The notes under the pieces: model-generated
The model's database searches: none
Seen by the model: only the letters and a program-made list of their open reading frames with translations
Told to the model about the DNA's origin: nothing
Part shown: positions 1-11,200 of the stretch, piece after piece
Numbering within the stretch: the stretch's first letter is position 1
Layout of the letters: every line of letters starts with the position of its first letter
Source: Schizochytrium sp. TIO01
Lineage: Eukaryota > Protista > Bigyra: Labyrinthulomycetes
Assembly (NCBI GenBank): GCA_004764695.1
Contig: SMSO01000025.1
Coordinates: 992,001 to 1,056,000 of the forward strand
Direction: 5' to 3'
DNA length: 64,000 nucleotides
Made by a program: the position numbers and the translations under genes

Positions 1-1
1 C

Positions 2-181
2 ACACGTGGTTCCCAAGCAAGACCAGCGCACGAGTCGAATCATCTCTCAGGAACTTATTGTGTAGTAAGTAACCTCTCAGACAGACAACGCTTGATTCCT
101 TTCCTTGAACGAGTCTGTCGGCGTATCAGTCTTGAATCGTGGATATCCTCGCAGAAGCTTTCTAACGTAGCAGTGCAGTAA
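2..181 (+). CDS. Possible 3' end of a CDS entering from the left edge
   Basis: Frame 2 is open from base 2 to TAA at 179-181 (TRGSQARP...LIPFLERVCRRISLESWISSQKLSNVAVQ*). An AT-rich UTR-like tract follows. No recognisable motif. Confidence 0.25.
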   Translation, partial: TRGSQARPAHESNHLSGTYCVVSNLSDRQRLIPFLERVCRRISLESWISSQKLSNVAVQ

Positions 182-729
182 AGAGCAGGGAAGGAAGAGT
201 CTTGCTTGTTCTGGCAAAAGATAAGAGTAGTTTATCTACCTCATCATGTGGTTCTGTGAGGTCTCGCAACACATACCATTGGTATTTCTGAAGAAGCCCT
301 TCCAAGTTTGCTATTTTGTCTGTTCGTTTATTTTTATTTTATTATTTTATTATTTTATTATAGCTGCAAATATTCTTCAAACGTAGTGTATCAAAAGTTT
401 GTCCCTCTGGGAGATCTCTATGGATGTTGAATTCTCAAAGTAAGATCTTTGTGAACGAAAATGGAGCGATTGAAACAGTCACTATAGGTCATTATTGTCT
501 GAGGATGATGTTAGAACCGAAAATCAGGGCGCCAAGTTGATGTGTACGATTTCTTGAATCTGCAGTAAAACGCTACCCAAATAGAATTGATAGGCTTACA
601 ACGCTCTTGCGAAGATCCTCAGCATGGTGGTGAAGCTTACGAAGGTATATAATAAAAAAAATGTATCTACGATGTTGCAGAAATGGTGAATTCAGATTAA
701 ATGCATGATGAGACTATAATAATGATGTG

Positions 730-2080
730 ATCACACGTGATGCGACCAGTGAATATTGAAGTGAGCGGGAAGTACCACGAACATGTTTCTTGCTATGCAT
801 ATTAGCAGACGAATGTAGAGAGTAGAGTGCTGCAGACGTAACACATCACAAATTACGAAGGAATTGTATCGTAAAATTGTATATTGGATTTCTTGTTGAA
901 TTTCTTGATAAGCTCGACGCACAGTTTTGCCTAATCAACAGTCAAATATGTCTCAAGTAGATTGTACAGACTGCTCTTGATCTCGTTTTAAGAACTTACT
1001 TCGCCACTCTTTTGTCAATATCGACGTATGTGGCTAAGATTTATTGCATTGTTATTCGATTCCATATGTAGCTTTGACTGGTATCCGTTGATACCAAATC
1101 CCTCATGAAATGAAACTAACCGAGTTCAAAGGCTTTTGTGTTTACACTCGTGCAGATACTGCGTCTTATATCTTCTTGATACTTGGCCTATAGTAAAGTC
1201 CTGTCTTTTTTTTGGTTCTCGTTAAGTTCACCAAGCATCCTACGTGGAATCTGTTCCCGCTACAGTGCTTACTCGTCCATGTATATAACGCCATATGCTG
1301 AATTGACCTACAGACTTCGTTATTCTAAGTTACAAGTAACATTCGTAATACTCATTCCAACTTTATAATTAGCATGTCATATGACTAGAAGGGCTATAGC
1401 TTATTTCGCAAAATATTACCACCGGATTGCGCATCTGCAGTTTTGCTGATATAGATAGATTCACGATAGCTTATACGGGTTCTTTAATAGACATCTCGAT
1501 ACCTTCAACAAAGCAGCATTAAGCATCAAGTGCATAACGCTCTTCGAAATGGATGAAGGTCTTTAAAGAAGGCTTCCCGCTGTAAAGGTTGCTGTGCTGG
1601 GTTGAAATATGGATATTTTCCAACGAGTGAATAATGATCGTTGAAGTACGCCTTGCAGAATTAAAACTTATTGAGGTTAAAACAACGCGTGGGCTTAAGT
1701 GAGACGTTTAATAATGCTCTAAGTACAAATACCTGTAGCTTTTGTGCAGATGAGATTTGGGGACTTAACCATTTCGTGCTAATATAGCTTGACCAAGGGT
1801 GCTTTTCATCAAACATTGGTCTTCTCATGCTGAAAAATCACATCTTCGAGTTTGTAGCAAATTAATGTTCTGTTGGTTTGAATATGACAAGAGAATTCCT
1901 TGCTTTTCAGCCAATGTAGTTCTAAGGGGATTCCACTGGCTGCGTTCAATAAGAGTTTTGCTTTCGCAAACCTGGTAAAAACCGTAAAGGGTATTGACTA
2001 GTTCAATTACCTCCCTTGAAAGCCCTTTAAAAGCACAATGCATGGTGTTCTGGCGTCTGTAGCGTCTTTTGAAGATGCCA
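730..2080 (-). pseudogene. Decayed LRR gene relic (typical-type)
   Basis: Fragments in shifting frames with many stops: CAFKGLSREVIELVN, YKLEDVIFQH, YFNDHYSL...LQREAFFKDLHPFRR, IQYTILRYNSF. These resemble the LxxLxLxxN/xxAFxxL consensus. Boundaries approximate. Confidence 0.35.
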
Positions 2081-2862
2081 TGACAATCTTAGATACAACG
2101 TGTGACGCGGTTCAATACTCTCCAACAGGTGTCTTAGTGTAAATAAGATGATTATAGATTGAAATTTGAATTCTTCTAAGCATTTTAGGACACTATATTA
2201 CAGTATCTTATATACAGGCTTAATAAATGTTGTAAATCTTATGTTCATTGTAAGGTTGTGTCAATTTTAAATCCTCCAGCTCCCGTTTGAATAGAGCAAG
2301 GAGTTTATTCCGAACGGTATTAGATTTAGTAAATACCCAACAGATATTCTGCATAGTCTGACTTGTCTCAGGCTGCTAAGGAGCGTCACGACATCCCTTT
2401 CCGTCCGCTTCTGTACCCTTAAAAAGTGACTCGATAGCACCATCAGGTACTTTTCTCATCGGTCTATACATCAAAGTGACGATTTTCATTTGGAGGAGGT
2501 CAGGTGGTCAACCTTGTATCGTAGCACAAGCACGGTTGTCTTAAAGGGGGTTTCGTACTGCCTCCTGGAGCACAGAAGTGCAGTTCTTGTCAATTGACTA
2601 GTGGTTTGCTATGTATCATCTATGTAGTACCTATAGAGCACGTGAGAACTCGTAACCTACGCTACTTAGAGAACCAGAAACTTTGCACGCACGCACGCAA
2701 TCAAACAAACAAGCAAACAAGCAAACAAGAGCAAAGAAAGTTAGCCCCAGCACGCATTATTTAAATGGTAGATTCGCACCCATGGTTCTATCACCAACCA
2801 AAACACGTCAAATGCGACACCCATGAATTTGCTCATTGATGTCAGAAGTAAAAGTAATAAGG

Positions 2863-2900
2863 TAAAATCTTTTAGCTTGGGTAAAAACAACCCAAAGCAA
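2863..2900 (+). repeat. Dispersed hairpin repeat, copy 1
   Basis: TAAAATCTTTTAGCTTGGGTAAAA (2863-2886) is identical to 51704-51727. It is followed by ACCCAAAGC, which can pair back with GCTTGGGT. Confidence 0.6.
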
Positions 2901-3418
2901 TCACTGATCATTTATCAGCCCTTTGCCTTGGGATAAACCCGAATCAATCTGTAAAACCTACTATCTATCAGTGTTTGAACATTTCTAAACTTCTTCTTAC
3001 TAGTGTCTTCTTCGCTTTTTAAGCTTGGCAAAAGCAAAAGGCACCAACCGAGGTGTGATGATAATGTTGTTATTTTCGAATTTATTTTTTAAGTTAGCCT
3101 GAGGCCGCAGGCTATTTTTCAAATTAAAAAAGTATTCATTTGAAAGAGAAAAGGTAATCGATGAACTTGAAGGCCCTAATCGTATATTGGGAATCTTCTA
3201 CACCTCTGGAAAGAAGAAGTTAGAGTATTTATACTCGTTTATGCTGATTGCAGTAGCACTTGAAGAGAAACAAAAGACTTGTTTATTCTGAAAGCAGGCT
3301 TCAATGAGTAGCTGAGCTATCGAGTACTAGGTAGGTAGACGAAAATAGACCAAGAAGATGAAAGTTGATGGAGGTGAAGTATATGTGAAATGTTTTCGAG
3401 TAGAGCTTTCTGCAAAAC

Positions 3419-4771
3419 ATGGGTACCACTTACAGCTCTGAGACACATAAGGGATATTTATCTCCAGAAGTGAAGCGCGCAGGAGTTCAAGACACGGGTT
3501 ACCAGCGACTTGACCCTCGTTTGCAGGCTAGATTGCGCCAAGGAGTCAACTACAATCTGAAGATCTTGCTTCGCGGTGGTCGAAGAGCTGGCAAGAGTAC
3601 TCTGCTTGCTAAGTTACGCGGAAAGGCTCCTGAGGACTTTGACGAATACAGACCTACCTCAGAAATTGTTGTTGCTCATGCGCATTGGCGAAACGATTTT
3701 ACAAACGAAGTTGTCAAACTTGAAGCATGGGATGTAGTGGACATTGCGCTAGCAGATCCCAGGGATGGCAAAGAAGATCTTGAACAAATCGAGCTTGAAC
3801 GTGCACACGCTCTTGATGAAGATACCCCGGCTGGCTTGGCAGGAAGTCATTTAAATCTTGTGAGGCAGGCTACGGTTGGCTCGACTAGACTTGCTACTCT
3901 TGATGCACGTCGGGTCGATGTATATCGAGACACTGATGGAGTTGTAATAATGTACAACCCATTTATTATCAAAACGTGGGAATGTGCTCTGGAAACGATC
4001 AAGGCACTGCCTGGTAATATTCCTTGCATAGTTGTTCGAAACTTATACGATGTTGAAGAAGCAATGAAAAAGAATGATCCCGATGATTTTTCGCAGTCAC
4101 GTTGTGGGATTGAAATATCTGTTCAAGAGGCTTTGGAGCAGATAAAGAAAGTCGAAATAGATATGGGTATGGGATCCTCAAGAGACATCTTCCAGCACAT
4201 TTGCTGTTCAATGAAGAACTCGTTTGGCCTTGAGTTGCTATATCAATTCTTCAATGTTTCGTTTTTAAAGAAAAGACGCAAGATGCTCCTTGCGCAAGTA
4301 CGACTTACTGAAGAGCATCTTGAGCAAGTATCTCAAAAGTTAGCTCAATCTGTTTTGTCACAAGACTATGCTCAATTTAAGGTGGAAGCTAAGCAAGGGG
4401 CAACGGAATCCATAGCGAAGCCCGAAGCCAAAACTAAAAACAAAATACACTCGCAAAATTCTCGTCAATCGAAACGAAATTATTGCAGAGATATAGGTGT
4501 ATCTGGACAGAAAGATCCACCTGAGACTCCGACTAAAGGCCTTACAATGCAATCAGAGACTTCACAGCAAGCTCCTATTAGGGCGGATAGCAAGACTAGG
4601 TTAAAAATTTCACATGCATCCCTAGAAGCACATGAATATGGTGTATCAAAAGACTTATCTCATCAAAGCGCGTTGGAGAAATTTCTAGGTGAAGTGGATA
4701 GTGACGACGACGATGGTTTCTACGCAGATCAGAAAGCGTCTCGACAGATTGTTGAAAAGTATCTCACCTAG
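3419..4771 (+). CDS. RABL6: Rab-like protein 6 (RABL6/PARF)-like atypical small GTPase
   Basis: 450-aa ORF. GVNYNLKILLRGGRRAGKST P-loop, EYRPTSEI, HW...VVKLEAWDVVD and CSMKNSFGL...FFNVSFL match the RABL6 family pattern. A coiled-coil and acidic low-complexity tail follow. Confidence 0.85.
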   Translation: MGTTYSSETHKGYLSPEVKRAGVQDTGYQRLDPRLQARLRQGVNYNLKILLRGGRRAGKSTLLAKLRGKAPEDFDEYRPTSEIVVAHAHWRNDFTNEVVKLEAWDVVDIALADPRDGKEDLEQIELERAHALDEDTPAGLAGSHLNLVRQATVGSTRLATLDARRVDVYRDTDGVVIMYNPFIIKTWECALETIKALPGNIPCIVVRNLYDVEEAMKKNDPDDFSQSRCGIEISVQEALEQIKKVEIDMGMGSSRDIFQHICCSMKNSFGLELLYQFFNVSFLKKRRKMLLAQVRLTEEHLEQVSQKLAQSVLSQDYAQFKVEAKQGATESIAKPEAKTKNKIHSQNSRQSKRNYCRDIGVSGQKDPPETPTKGLTMQSETSQQAPIRADSKTRLKISHASLEAHEYGVSKDLSHQSALEKFLGEVDSDDDDGFYADQKASRQIVEKYLT

Positions 4772-5249
4772 CTTTTGCTAGCCTCCCTCTATATGTATTT
4801 CATACGCTTACATTTATACCTTTGCATGATTTTTGGAGGGATGACTTTGGTTGACGTCACGAACTTGAGGCTTCAAGGCGGCCTTTGTAAGCTCTACAAG
4901 GGGCTAAGTAGCATTGATTATTCACCATCCCAATTGAATACATCAATTCTAGAAGATCAAACCCAAATTTTCCTTTCCTAGTATCTTACAACTTTCAACT
5001 TGCCTGAACAAACCCTTATGCAGAAGATCAAGAACAAAAAAAAGAAATTCGATCTTGAAAAAACATACTTTTCCCTATGGGAACAGATCTTAGAGGAGAA
5101 CGAGAACGCTAATGTACTGTAACTCAGGGAGAAGTGCTAAAAGAAAGGATCTGACAAGAGATACATAGTGGAAGACATTGTACTAAAGGAAAACGTATGG
5201 AGAATGAAAAGAATAGTCTTCATGTGATTCAACGTAGAATGGCATAATT

Positions 5250-8200
5250 TCAGGTTTGGGAGTCTAGCTGGGTTTCAAGGTAAACCTTGACTGCCACGAG
5301 CACAATATCACGATCCTTCTGTTTTTCTTCCTCACTAAGCTCCTCGTAAGATTTGCGTTGCTCGTCAGTGACCCATGAGAGCTTACCGTTTCGTTTCAAC
5401 CAATTTTCGTGCTGCTCCGCACTGGCCTTTTCAATAAAATTGGAGCTGCGTAATGTTCTTGCAAAGTTTTTCAATTTGTCTGCCCGAGCATCTCCTAACG
5501 TCTGAGACCAGCATCTTCGGATAGACTCACATGCAGCATGAGAAGCTAATAAGTTTTCGAGCTTAAAATAGTCAGGGAGTTGTTGAAAGTGCAAGTTTGC
5601 AATGTCATATTCTCGTTTGTTGATTACTTTGATACGCGGCTCAAATGTACCATCTTCCAAACGTTTTCGGTTGGAGCGCCATACTTCGTGAAGTTGAGTT
5701 GCTGTGGAAACCTCAAAGGTTTCCATATCTCCAGAAACAGCATTAACATCATCTTCGTCAAGTTCTACCATCCCTTCAAGGTCAATCTCAGCAAATGGAT
5801 CCACAAGTGAGCGTCTACGAGGAGTACCAAAATCAAGCTCGTCTGAGTTGAAAGCAGAATTTATGTCCTTCCTTTGTATATCTTCAAGTGGGTCAGTACG
5901 AGAAGCTCTGCTTGGTGTGCTTCCTCGACGTCTCTTTCCAACCCAAAATGTATTTTCAGCTTCTCGACGCTCATCCATGGATTTACGAGAGGAGAGAAGG
6001 GTTAAAAATTGGGCCAGCTTGTCTTCCAACGGGCGCGAATCTTGGTTTGAATCATCTTCCTGGCTTACAAAGTCATCCCCACTTGGCTTACTCCGCATCC
6101 ATAGCTTTAGACGGGTCAGTGCTTGCAAAGATTTTTGGTCGATAGCAGACCATAAGTTGGTGCGCTCCATGAGAGTATAAAACTGAACTATATCCTCAAC
6201 ACCAAAAAATTCAAGTTGCTCAGTTGTTGGTATTGTGATCAGCTCAGCGACACGTCCTAAAGCTTCGAGAAAATCCTGGTAACTTAACGCAATCATGGGT
6301 TCCCATTCAGCAACCCAATTAACAACATTAGTTGTTGAGAGCACAAATGCAAATGTGGACTCACGAATCGTAAAATTAGCAGTATAAAGTCCAACTTGAC
6401 GCAGACCTTGATTCCATTCACGAAAGGAGAGACGCTCCTTTTCAGCACCTCCCCATCGTGAGCTCCTTTGGGACGATCCTGCCATTTCTGTGAACCATTG
6501 CATCAGCATACTCTTGTGCTCATTATAAACAACAGAAATACCTTCAGTATACAGATATCGGACTCTCCAGCTGTCAAAATCCAAAATTGTCTCTGGACCG
6601 AGATATCGAACAACATGAAATTGGAGGAATTGATCTAATGCTGCTGCCAGGGAGTGACTTTCCGATGTATAGTATTTTGCATGTGCTATGCGCAAAATTA
6701 CATCAAAAAATTCATTTCGCATGAGTCGTCTACTCTTTTTAAGACCAAGAGGATCGCATTGTTCATTGAGACGTTTTATCTTCGCATCCTGCACTTCCGG
6801 AACCATACTAGCAACACGAATGAATATGTTGGTGCAGTCATGTGAGAAAGTTGACTCTCGTTTGTCAATAATTTTGATGTCGGTGAGAAGCCGTAGAAAC
6901 GAAGGAGGAAGCATTGCAAATGGGTTTTGTGGGGTAAGAGCACAGTAGAAGCGATATATTGATAGCAATAGCGGAGAGCTTCCTACAAGAAGGTCTCGAG
7001 CTATCTCAACATCTTCACATTCAAACTGTCCAAGAAACTCTCGAAAGCCTTTCTTCTGCATATTTAGTTCCCAATCAACATTCGCGCAGGCTTTAGCTAT
7101 TGGATTCTCATCCAGAAAAGCGCGTCGACCATCGAAAGCCTCCACACATAACTTGGGCCGTTCAACTTCCTCTGTTGGACCTTCAAGAATATTCTTGATG
7201 CGCCCTGGGACGCGAATTGCAAATGGTAGAGTGTTATCCAGGATACAGCCATCAGGCGTCCAGAAGATACCTGTTTCTGCTTGACCTCGTTCCAAGCGGT
7301 CTAGGTTGTCGAATGTCTCTCCTAAAATGCCAGACGTTAAACGTGCCCCATCTTCATGATTTTGGCTGTAAAGACTTGGGTGCTTTGCTGCAATTACTTC
7401 TTGGCGAACCATCGGCTCTAATTTCTTTAGATACGAAGCTGACCGATTCAAAGTCAGGGTGTGCTTTGGTAAACCTGGAAGTGCGCTCAAGACTTCTCGC
7501 GGGGACGCTAGTCTTCCTAGCAACGACAGACTTTTCGACTCCTGTTCATCATTACCTAAAATGTTTTTCATTCTGCCCAGAGCGAAAAGACTTGTCGGGT
7601 GTGGAGGTGCGCCAAGCTGCTCAAAGTCAAGGTACATGTTGATAACATCCATAGGGCCATTATAGAATGCAAATCCGACATGTCCTTCCGGAGCTTCGAT
7701 TAAGGGAAGATCTTTATACACACGAGCCCCATGTATGTGCCCAAATAATGCCATCTTTTCTCGCTTTGGCCGCTGCATCATCCCTGCTCGCTGCGTAACC
7801 CTTGTAAGGAATTCAGATGGGGTTTCTTCTTCATGAGTGGACCCTGATGGGGAGAATGTAAATGTTTTTCTTTCCACTGTGACAGAGTTCTCTGTGATAT
7901 ACTTAATATTTGGGTTCCATGGATTGGGGCTGTGATGCGAAATCGGCGCGTCCCAAAGAGAATTAACAGGAGAGCGAAGTCTCTGAGAGAGCCCATCATT
8001 GGCTTGCCTAAATTGAGCTCGTGTGAATGGCGCATAGACTGAGTGCTTGCAGTCAGGGCCTGAACTACTTTCATGAAGAAAAGGCTGCTCCCCTTGAGAC
8101 TCTTGAACCATCATGGAGCACTTCCAGGGTTGTGGATGACAGGGAATGATGAGTTGGTCCTTATTGCTTCGGTGTCCTTCACCGGCTGCGCAAGGGGAGC

Positions 8201-11200
8201 TTTTCCCTCTTGATTGTCGAGCTACAAGGGAAGACGATGTAACATTACTCACTAGACGTCTACGAGTCGATGGTGGCTCGGGTTTGCGAAGTCTGTTCAT
8301 CTTATTTGTGATTTCAAAAGCACGCTGCTTTGCTATTTTGATCTGCGTGTCAAGATCCTCGACATTGTTTGAATAAGTTTTGCCTAACAGACTCCTCGCG
8401 TTAGGAAGTCCGTTCTGAAAGAGAGAGTTACCTTCTGCCTTGGTAGATTCATAGGAGGTAGATTTAATTCCTATATAACTTCGATTATGTCGGTGGCCAT
8501 GGTTGTTTGTCTCGGGTCTACTTACATGAAACTCGCATTCTTGCTCAGTCTGCATTTTATTTTGGCTCTCTGAACCTGGTATGTGCGCAGCAGAATTTAA
8601 AATGATTGATCGAAAGGGCCAGAGCATGGAGTTGTCTGGAGATTTGGTCTTCTCAGGTATTGGCTCAAGTGCCAGCCGATGTGCCCGGAACACAGTCATT
8701 GCAATGTGTAAGTCTTGTTTTTCAATCAAGCATTGGCGAACAGCACTGCACGTATTAAATGTATCGTTCGCTTGCGTTGCTGATTGTTTTGCAGAAAGCG
8801 TATCGCCAACTTCAGCCACAAATATAGGTTTGGTGTTCCCCGCACGGGGAGATTTTGAATTTGTACTCGAGTATTTCATGCTTTGATATGCTGGCTCTCC
8901 AGCTTCTATCTTTAGATTAACTTCTAGATCTATAAGCCAGTCTTCGAACGCGCGCCGTACATCGCGGCGGTTTGTTTGGGCTGCCTGAAGAGCATCGGCT
9001 TCATGCTCCATAACCCGTGCTTGAGCAGCAACCCATTCGTGGTCTTTCAAAAATGCCCAACCTGCAATCTCTTTGGCGCGAAGCTCAGCTTGGTAAATTT
9101 TTGTTCTGTTTGATGTATTTTCCGCTAGTCTTTGAAGCAAGGCAGACAACAGGTTCTGAAGATCCGTCCACTTATTATCTGCAGCTACCCAGCACCCAAC
9201 CAGCAGGCGATAGAACCCATATTTAGCAATCTCCTTTTGACCAACATCAGATTCTGCATATCGTAGTAGAGCGAGGACCGCAGCTCGTTGCTCGTTCAAG
9301 GAGCTTTCGGTAGCCAACTCAAGCAGTCGAAGACCTTGTTTACTAGCTTTGAACAGCGCAAAATCCTCCTCGACCATGGGAAGTCGGGCAAAAAGGAGAG
9401 CACCAGCAGTACGCAGAGTTTCCTTAGACTCCTTCAAATGACCAACAACAAGCTTTAACATGTTCTCTGCACGCAATTCCTCCTTAAGCACTCCTTTACA
9501 TGCAACGACCTGTGTATCTTTAGATGTATGCATCAGATGAGCTATATGAGCAATTAAATTTGTGCTTCGTTCGCGAGTCTTTGCATCAACATATTGAGCG
9601 GCACTGCATTTAAAAAGTACGTTCAAGGCCCATGCTCCGGTTTTCTTTGTTGTACATACAAGTAGGCTTGGAGATGAGTCTACCATAGTCCACAACAGAT
9701 TTAGTGACTGCATCACAAGTCTCTGAATGATGCTCTCTGCTGGTTCTGGAGGTTGTTCGGTAGAATGGCGGGCCTGGAATTCACATAGGACCAACATATT
9801 GCGAAGAACTTCGCATACTCGAGAAGGTATTTTATATAAAAGAAAATCATCAACAAGTTTCTTTTCTAAGTGATCTGGTAACACATTCGTTGACCTAGTC
9901 ACAGCGTATGAGGCCAACATCCATAACGCATTCATAGATGACTCAACGTTTTCCAACAAAGAGAGTTGCATTGAACCAATTTTATTGGGGAAATCGAGAC
10001 TTTGTACATATCGACTTAAAATCTCAGCAAGAATCTTGATAGTATGGCGGTCATCTATCATGAGGGACGCATTTTCATGGTGCCGAGCCAGAGCCCAAAC
10101 CGTTGTGGCAAGACAGGAAGTACAGTTTGCGTAGTCTATTTTAAGATACGCTTTACGAGAGTAGTTTTTAAGCAGAGAGCCTACACAATCGAGACAATCA
10201 CGCGACACGGTAATTGAACTGGAGTCCCTCTCCAGCTGCTGGCCTGAATCAGCACAAAGAATCGTGCCACTTCGCTTGTCTGCTACGGGAGGTTTTGTCA
10301 TTTTGTTTTTTAAATCAATGAATTCCTCCGTTAAGTCTTCATTGGAAACAGGACCAAACGCGAAGAGCATAATTGAAGCAGCAAGAAGAACATTCGTTTT
10401 CGCTAGACGCACAAACTTAAGTGGTGCGGATGGCTTAACAATATATGACAGTAAGAGCCCAAGTCCTCCGTAGGATGCAACCAAATAATGAGCCTTGTAT
10501 GATCTACTGAGAAGGTTGAATAGGGTCTGAGCATAACTTGCTTCTAACTCTGGATTTGAAGCATTCTGCACAGCAATTGCACATAGAGTAGGCTGGAAGG
10601 GCCATGATGGAAAGTTTATTTCTTGCTGAATATGTACTAGCGCTTGCACTTGGTGTAGGTTGATGTCATCTTTGCTAGCCAATCCTTCTTCTTGAATGCA
10701 TGGTCCCAAACTTGTGGGCTCTGAATTCATTGGTCTCTGTATGAAGACGAGATCATCTTGTGAAATGCCTTTATTGGTGCATTGTGATAGCATCAAGCCT
10801 GCAGAGAGAGTATTCCAGGAAATATTATCATTAGAATAATACGGAGTACGGATCCATGTCTTGCAATGGGGAGAAACGGGGGCTGATCCAGGATGAGAGC
10901 AACTAGATTCTGTGCTACGACGAAGAATGCGGTTCGAGATTTGAGGAATGAAGAAAAGTCGCTCACAAGCTGCACTTGTTAGACGTAGAGCATCCTCGAT
11001 AGGCTCGTTTAATACGTTGGCATGCTGATAAGTCATATCAAGGAAAGCTTGGAACCATCCTTCTTGCGAAAAACCAAGAACATGCAATAAGAGTAAAACA
11101 ATTGCATCGATGTCTTTGTCTGTAACGCAACCTGGAGCGAATTTGTAGCGTACGAATGTATTTTCATCGATGACACATTGTTTATTTAACGACATGGCCC

